The position numbers and the translations under genes are program-made. A model generated the notes under the pieces. The model made no database searches. It was not told the origin of the DNA and was given only the letters and a program-made list of their open reading frames with translations. Below are positions 26,757 through 32,000 of a DNA stretch of 32,000 nt, one piece after another. The DNA is from Nocardia brasiliensis ATCC 700358. GTDB lineage: Bacteria; Actinomycetota; Actinomycetes; Mycobacteriales; Mycobacteriaceae. The stretch is from the NCBI RefSeq assembly GCF_000250675.2, contig NC_018681.1, forward strand, positions 4,897,031-4,929,030, in the 5' to 3' direction. The first letter of the stretch is position 1. Every line of letters starts with the position of its first letter.

Positions 26757-26789
26757 CGTTTAGTAAAACGAACGATACCGACTACTATA
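26757..26789 (-). promoter_or_regulatory. Candidate promoter/operator for the YbaK-type gene: minus-strand -10-like TATAGT (26784-26789) and inverted repeat CGTTT-AGTA-AAACG (26757-26770)
   Basis: AT-rich island cgtttagtaaaacgaacgataccgactactatactttacg in otherwise GC-rich DNA, ~85-115 bp upstream of the ATG. Confidence 0.35.
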
Positions 26790-26863
26790 CTTTACGACAC
26801 AGGCACGGCGATAGTCCGTACATACCGTCGAATATCTACTGCCGCTTCGGTTTTACCGCAGGC

Positions 26864-27334
26864 TCAGGCGCCGGTGACCCGCGGTTCGCAGCGCACGTCG
26901 AAGTTGACGGAGTTGGCGATGAAGCAGAGATCATGGGCGCGCTCGTGCAGCGCGAGCGCGCGCTCCCGGTGCTGCGAATCGGCGATCTGTATCCGGGGGC
27001 GCAGTACTACTTCGGAGAAACGGCCGCCGCCCTCGGGATCTTCGACCATGGTGCCCGACGGGTGATCGGTGTATTCGGTGACCACGATCCCCGCGCGAGC
27101 GCACAGCACGAGGTACCAGAGCATGTGGCACTGCGACAGCGAGGCCACCAGCAGCTCTTCCGGATTCCAGTGTTCGGGCGCGCCGCGGAACGCCGGATCC
27201 GCTGTGCCGAGGATCGGCGGTTTGCCCTCGGCGCTGACGATATGCGATCGCTCGAAATCCCGGTACCCGCTGGTGCCCGTGCCGGTGTTACCGGTCCAGG
27301 CCACGTCCAGTGTGTACTCGTGCGCCTTGGTCAT
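26864..27334 (-). CDS. OsmC family peroxiredoxin
   Basis: HWNPEELLVASLSQCHMLWYLVLCARAGI and AHDLCFIANSVNFDV, the two conserved Cys contexts. Confidence 0.88.
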   Translation of the reverse strand: MTKAHEYTLDVAWTGNTGTGTSGYRDFERSHIVSAEGKPPILGTADPAFRGAPEHWNPEELLVASLSQCHMLWYLVLCARAGIVVTEYTDHPSGTMVEDPEGGGRFSEVVLRPRIQIADSQHRERALALHERAHDLCFIANSVNFDVRCEPRVTGA

Positions 27335-27344
27335 CCGCCACCCC

Positions 27345-29066
27345 CTATGGCACCGTCTCGATCAACTTCATCACACCTGTCAGTGTCGCAGCATAGCTCG
27401 GTTCGGTGGCGTAGCCTGCGGCCGCCACTTCGCGGGCGAACGCATAGGGATCGGCGGTGTGCGCGAACGCTTTCGCGTACCGGGGCTGCAACAGCACCCG
27501 CGCGTGGCCGTCGAACGACTCGGCCGGGGAAGCATAGGCCCGGAACCACGCGCGCACGACGTAGTTGTACCGGCCGTCGGGCCTCGGCGTCACCGAAATG
27601 ATCTCGGGGTAGCTACGGACGTTCGGTGTGCTGTGGACTTCCGTGGTCGTGCACAACTTACGTTGCGCCTCCGGCACTTTCGCACCCGCTTTGATGCCGA
27701 AGAAGTTGTTGCCGCAGGCCTTCGCGCCCCAACCGGTTTCGAGCGCCGCCTGACCGAGGGTGACCAGCCACGGTATGCGGCTGCGGGTTTCGTTCGCCTG
27801 CGCGTGCGGACGGTACTTGCGCACGAAATCGACGACGTGCGCGGGCACCCGGCCGCTCGGTCGCGGCCCGGGTTTCGGCGTCGGCGCAGGTGCGCTACCG
27901 CCGCCCAAGCCGGGAACAGGTCCGGCGAACAGCGGACTCGGCGATCGCGCACCCTCCCAGCTGAGGTCGACGTGAATGTGGTCGGTGTGCGGGTTGCTGC
28001 CGCCGTACGCCCGCCAACCCTGCGCCCGGTACTGCCAGCCCCACTGCCGTCGATTCCAAATGATGTACGCCACTTGCAATTCCACCGCGTTGGCCTGCAG
28101 CCAGGCGAGATAGGCGTCGACCTGCGCCCGGTGCGCCGGGTCCGCCGCGTTCGCGTAGAGGTCGATCGACCGCCCCTCCCCGTGCAGCGACGGGGTGCCG
28201 AAAGTGGTTGCCCGGCAGTTGAATGTGCCCGCCTGGCGGCCGGTCAAGCGCTTCCACTGATTCGCCATGGCGCGGGCGCCGGGCTGCTCCCCCGTCGCAC
28301 ACTTGGTGAACGAACCGCGCCGTACGATGCCCGCCGCACGATCGGGCGTCCGGGTCGGAGTGGGCGTGGGCGTAGGCGTTGGTCCCGGCTTCGGCGTCGA
28401 CCGGTTCAGGCGATACTGCCGCACATGGGCGAGTGCGGCCGCGTTGGCCGAACCGGTCAGATACGTCCAGGTGTCGGGTCGACCGCGCACGTCGATATGC
28501 GCGAACGTACCGCCGACGCCGAGCGCGATATCGTTGCCGCAGGCGTCGATCGCCAGTTCCGCGATCTGTAGTCCGGTGAGACCGGCGATGGTGATGTCGG
28601 CGGCCTGCCCGCTGCAATGCCTACTGAGCGTGGGCTTTTGCCCGCGCGCCCGGTAGACGGCGACATTGCTCGCCCAGGACCGGTAGCCCGAGGTGATCTT
28701 CACCGGCTTTCCCACTCGATCGCGGATCGCTTGCAGACAGCGGACCAGTGCCGGCGAGATGCGGGCGCGGTCTGCGGGACGTCCACCGCTGCTGACGAGT
28801 TCACCGACGGTGAAGTTCGGCGCCAGCTTCTTCGTGCGGACCTGCGGCCCGGTGTCGTAGAGCGGCAGGCCGGTGTTGTTCGGATCCCAATGCTCTTGCC
28901 CGGCGGCCGATGGGCCGGGCCGGGCGGTGAGCACCAGCCCTGACGGGAAACTTTCGGCCTCGAAGGCCGCCTCGGCACCAGCGCTGCTCTCGTCGAACTC
29001 GTGCTGCTCGACGGCACCGGATTCTTCGGCTGCGCTGTGGGCGGGCCACTCGGCAACGACACTCAT
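27345..29066 (-). CDS. Multidomain cell-wall hydrolase-like protein: M15-type peptidase-like segments plus C-terminal glucosaminidase-like domain
   Basis: NFTVGELVSSGG...VKITSGYRSWASNVAV...SRHCSGQAADITIAG; LHGEGRSIDLYA...NPHTDHIHVDLSW; RIPWLVTLGQAALETGWGAKACGNNFFGIKAG; proline-rich linkers PTPTPTPTPTRTPD. Confidence 0.8.
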   Translation of the reverse strand: MSVVAEWPAHSAAEESGAVEQHEFDESSAGAEAAFEAESFPSGLVLTARPGPSAAGQEHWDPNNTGLPLYDTGPQVRTKKLAPNFTVGELVSSGGRPADRARISPALVRCLQAIRDRVGKPVKITSGYRSWASNVAVYRARGQKPTLSRHCSGQAADITIAGLTGLQIAELAIDACGNDIALGVGGTFAHIDVRGRPDTWTYLTGSANAAALAHVRQYRLNRSTPKPGPTPTPTPTPTRTPDRAAGIVRRGSFTKCATGEQPGARAMANQWKRLTGRQAGTFNCRATTFGTPSLHGEGRSIDLYANAADPAHRAQVDAYLAWLQANAVELQVAYIIWNRRQWGWQYRAQGWRAYGGSNPHTDHIHVDLSWEGARSPSPLFAGPVPGLGGGSAPAPTPKPGPRPSGRVPAHVVDFVRKYRPHAQANETRSRIPWLVTLGQAALETGWGAKACGNNFFGIKAGAKVPEAQRKLCTTTEVHSTPNVRSYPEIISVTPRPDGRYNYVVRAWFRAYASPAESFDGHARVLLQPRYAKAFAHTADPYAFAREVAAAGYATEPSYAATLTGVMKLIETVP

Positions 29067-29084
29067 CACTTGCCTCCCTACGTC

Positions 29085-31196
29085 TCAGTAGGTGCTCTGG
29101 TGGAGGGGGCGGCGCTCCCGCGGCGGCCGCGCGGGCGGCGCGGGACGCACCCCGAGGTCCGCGAGGGTGACCACGGTGCTGCCGCTGGTCCAGAAATTCT
29201 TCGCCTGCCCCCGCGCGACGAGCTCGACGCACGCGGCGTGCGCGCACTGGCTGACGCCGGGGCGGGCGGGATGGAATTCGTAGTAGTCCAGCATCGAGAT
29301 CTCGATCCGGGTGGCGGGCTTCTTCCGCCAATCCTTGGGCGCGGACGGCAGCACCCGCCACTGCACGCAGTCGATCGCGCCATAAGCGAATTGCAGGTCG
29401 CTGTCGCGATATTCGCTCTGCTCGAGCCGGGTGAAGCCGATGTCGCCACCGCGCGCGATCGACTTGCGGATCTTCTCCCGCACGCCGGCCGACCGCTTGA
29501 TCATGTCGGCCACGTCGATGGTGACCTCGGCACCGCTGGCACCGAGGAAGTGCGCGAACAGCCGGGCCGCGAGCGGCCCCGCGGCGATCACACGCGCCAT
29601 CGAGAACAGCGCCACATCGCGCGGATCGCCGAACGCGCACGCACAATCGATGGCCGCTTTGGCGTCGAGGCGATGACTGGTCAGGCTGCAGCGCTTGCGG
29701 AATCGCTGCTGCATCTCGCTCCAGGGCGCCTCCGGCCTCAGATCGTCCTGTACCGGCTTGCATTTGCCGAGCATCCGGCGAGCGCGGGCGGGCGGAGCTT
29801 CTTCCTCTAACGATTCGCTGTCCTTGCACCGGCACCCGCACTCCTGCGCGATCGACTCCCCCGCGAAATCCTCGGATTCCCAACCGGTCTCGCCCCAGTA
29901 TTCGCCGTCGCCCTCCTGCGGCGTCCACAGCTCCTCGGTGCTCTCGTCGGCCGCCTCCCGGCTGAGGACCCCGCCGCTCAGGTTCGCGGACGCGTCGGCG
30001 AGCAGCTGCCAGCCGAATCGACGCGGAATATCGTTGTGCGGCACCCGTGTTCGCTCCACCCGGAAGTTCGGCGAACCGGCCGCCCGGACCGCCGCCCCGA
30101 CCCGCTCACTGGCCCGCGCGGTGCCCTCACCGGGGCGGTACAGCACCCGCAGCGCGCCGGTACCCGCCGCCATGCGCTTGCGCGCCCAGTCGATCAACGC
30201 TTTCGGATCGTTGTACAGCGCGTCGAAGGTGTGCACCTCGTCCGGATCGGTGTGCCCCAGGACCGACATCAGCGCCGCTCCACCGCCGGAGTGTGCGGTC
30301 AAAATCAGCCGATTGCGCCGTACGCTCGTTCCGGTCGCCGCGCCGAAACGGGCCAGCGCGTCATCGATCAGCGCTTGCAGTGCACCGGGTTTCGTGAGCG
30401 CCGGGAACGTGTAGCGTGCCGGATTGCCCTTCGGCTGATGGTGACCGCGGGGCAGGATCAGCAACGTCGGGACGGTCCGTCCGGCGACTCCCGGCTTGGC
30501 CGGATCGGTGAAATCCAGTCCGCTGATCGGCTTCTTGTGCTTGACGATCTGCATGGCCGCGCCGTGACCGGAGTAGCCGTGCAAGTGGACGACCACATCG
30601 ACCACCGAGGGCTCGACCATGCCGTTCCACTCGATCAGCAGATCCGGTGGCGTGCCCGCGTGCGCACGCAATTGGGGATGCCGGTGCACGAGCAACCGGC
30701 CGGGTGTCACCGCGACTGGCTGGGCGTCTTCGTAATCCGCGTCTTCGTAATCCGCATCCTCGTAATCGGCTTCCCCGTAGTCGGCTTCCTCGTGGTCGGC
30801 CTCCTCATAGTGGATGTTCTCGAAGTCGGCATCCTCGAAGTCGGCGTTCTCGTAGTCGACCTCTTCGTAGACCCCGCCTTCGTAGCCGGCGTTCCCGTAG
30901 TCCGCTTCCGTATCGTCTGCGGCCTCGAAAGTCGCTGCCTCGCTGTCTACTTCGAAGACAGCGTCCTCCTGGCCGGCGTCCTCGCGGTCGCACTCGGTCC
31001 CGTAGGCGTAGTCCGCCTCGGTATCCCCGGCTTCGTCGAACTCGGTGTCGGAATCCTCGTTCTGCCAGCCGGTTTCGCCGTCGTGCTCCAGCGCACCCAC
31101 GTCTTCGGCGAAGACGTCTTCGCGCGTGGGCCACACGCCGGTATCGGGCGTCGCCTCGGGCGAAGCGAAGATCGATGATTCGGCAACGGTACTCAT
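29085..31196 (-). CDS. Large protein with acidic 5-residue repeats and an alpha/beta-hydrolase-like domain
   Basis: N-terminal DYEDADYEDADYEDA repeats, then VVDVVVHLHGYSGHG...RLILTAHSGGGAALMSVLGHTD. Confidence 0.7.
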   Translation of the reverse strand: MSTVAESSIFASPEATPDTGVWPTREDVFAEDVGALEHDGETGWQNEDSDTEFDEAGDTEADYAYGTECDREDAGQEDAVFEVDSEAATFEAADDTEADYGNAGYEGGVYEEVDYENADFEDADFENIHYEEADHEEADYGEADYEDADYEDADYEDAQPVAVTPGRLLVHRHPQLRAHAGTPPDLLIEWNGMVEPSVVDVVVHLHGYSGHGAAMQIVKHKKPISGLDFTDPAKPGVAGRTVPTLLILPRGHHQPKGNPARYTFPALTKPGALQALIDDALARFGAATGTSVRRNRLILTAHSGGGAALMSVLGHTDPDEVHTFDALYNDPKALIDWARKRMAAGTGALRVLYRPGEGTARASERVGAAVRAAGSPNFRVERTRVPHNDIPRRFGWQLLADASANLSGGVLSREAADESTEELWTPQEGDGEYWGETGWESEDFAGESIAQECGCRCKDSESLEEEAPPARARRMLGKCKPVQDDLRPEAPWSEMQQRFRKRCSLTSHRLDAKAAIDCACAFGDPRDVALFSMARVIAAGPLAARLFAHFLGASGAEVTIDVADMIKRSAGVREKIRKSIARGGDIGFTRLEQSEYRDSDLQFAYGAIDCVQWRVLPSAPKDWRKKPATRIEISMLDYYEFHPARPGVSQCAHAACVELVARGQAKNFWTSGSTVVTLADLGVRPAPPARPPRERRPLHQSTY
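30726..30905. repeat. In-frame degenerate tandem repeat, 12 x 15 bp, encoding (D/H/N)(Y/F)E(D/E/N)x units
   Basis: Twelve consecutive 15-nt units read directly, from gtcttcgtaatccgc (x2 identical) to gttcccgtagtccgc. Confidence 0.9.
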
Positions 31197-31249
31197 ATCA
31201 GGCTCCAATCGGTATCGCGCGATGGCGAAAGGCTCGACGTCCCAGCGGC

Positions 31250-32000
31250 TCAGAGCCGTGGGGCAACTCGTCGATGTCCGTTCGTCGCGGCCGCCGCCGG
31301 CGCCGCCGGTGCCGAGGGTGCGGTGGTGCCGGACAGCACGCCGGCGGGCAGCAGTTTCGTCGGCTGTGCCGATCGGACCTGATTCGTGCTGCGGCGCATG
31401 GTGACCGCCAGATCCTTGACCCGCTCACCAGTCGCCGACTGCCACAGATCGATGATGCGGTTCATCGTCTGGGCGGGGCCGGGCCCCGGCACGCCGGTGG
31501 AGCGATACAGCAGTTCGGCCTGCGACTGTTCGTCGAACACCCCGAGCTCGATCGCCCACAGCAGCGGGGAGACCAGCGTGGCGAGTTCGAACAGTTCCCG
31601 CGCCTGACGCGAGGGCGCCACGCCGACTCGCCTGCCGATCGTCGCGAGCCGATCGGCCGGGTTGCCGCCGCTGATGCCCGCGTTGGCGCTGAGATCCCGG
31701 ACCACGGCGCTCTCGTAGTCGACCGTGAGATGGAACCAGTTCAGCAGGCAGACGTAGCTGAACTCTTCGCGCGAGAGCATCCCGCCGAGCCTGCGCAACC
31801 GCAGCATCTCGGCCAGCGTCTGGCACAGGTATCCGATGTAACTGGCGTCGGTCGGGTTCGAGCCGGAGGTGTTGCGCTCGTTCTCGATGCCGAGCCAGAC
31901 CTGCCGCAGCAGTTCGTTCCACATCTCGATGAAGCGGATGTTGCTCGCGGCGCCCGCGTCTCGCTTCCATGCCTGGCTGTCCGCACCGGGCGCCGGATGC
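31250..32000 (-). CDS. Protein of unknown function, N-terminus beyond window edge
   Basis: ORF track starts at 31924 (MWNELLRQVWLG) but the frame stays open to the edge (HPAPGADSQAWKRDAGAASNIRFIE-MWNELL...). Confidence 0.7.
   Translation of the reverse strand, partial: HPAPGADSQAWKRDAGAASNIRFIEMWNELLRQVWLGIENERNTSGSNPTDASYIGYLCQTLAEMLRLRRLGGMLSREEFSYVCLLNWFHLTVDYESAVVRDLSANAGISGGNPADRLATIGRRVGVAPSRQARELFELATLVSPLLWAIELGVFDEQSQAELLYRSTGVPGPGPAQTMNRIIDLWQSATGERVKDLAVTMRRSTNQVRSAQPTKLLPAGVLSGTTAPSAPAAPAAAATNGHRRVAPRL

Noticed and set aside
25850-28571. Long plus-strand ORFs 25850-27601 and 27069-28571
   Set aside because: Antisense to the YbaK-type, OsmC and M15-like genes, which have strong family signatures.
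30036-31178. 380-aa plus-strand ORF with repeated VFVIRVFVIRILVIGFPVVGFLVV
   Set aside because: The hydrophobic repeats are simply the reverse complement of the 15-bp acidic repeat in the minus-strand gene.

Overview
The window is high-GC actinobacterial DNA. The fluorinase reads almost exactly like the Nocardia-type fluorinase I remember. There are four blocks. (A) ~1-3300: accessory/housekeeping genes (secreted M14 carboxypeptidase fragment, YbdK-type carboxylate-amine ligase, CsbD-like protein, SDR oxidoreductase). (B) ~3417-13957: two divergent, tightly coupled operons with LuxC-, LuxD-, LuxE- and LuxA-like proteins. They also carry a flavin-dependent-halogenase-like protein, a threonine-synthase-like PLP enzyme, an octopine/nopaline-dehydrogenase-like enzyme, a 3Fe-4S-type ferredoxin and one protein of unknown family. 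This looks like a non-NRPS/PKS biosynthetic system that I cannot match to a characterised pathway. (C) ~13915-26700: an organofluorine locus with a FlH-like antiporter, a bona fide fluorinase (diagnostic insertion loop present), S-adenosylhomocysteine hydrolase, FlB-like 5'-fluoro-5'-deoxyadenosine phosphorylase, adenine phosphoribosyltransferase and MtnA-like sugar-phosphate isomerase. It also has a 4-fluorothreonine-transaldolase-like fusion protein, an XRE-cupin regulator, an EamA transporter, a LuxR-type regulator with a degenerate receiver, UspA and a YbaK-type tRNA-editing protein (candidate fluorothreonyl-tRNA proofreading). (D) ~26860-32000: OsmC, an M15/glucosaminidase-like protein, an acidic-repeat alpha/beta-hydrolase-like protein and an unknown protein running off the edge. 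Blocks B and C abut with a 43-bp convergent gene overlap. The fluorinase family is known. The candidate novelties are the physical union of the complete-looking fluorothreonine module with the Lux-like/halogenase-like operons, and the proposed editing and export self-resistance. All calls are from reading sequence motifs; no database search was run.
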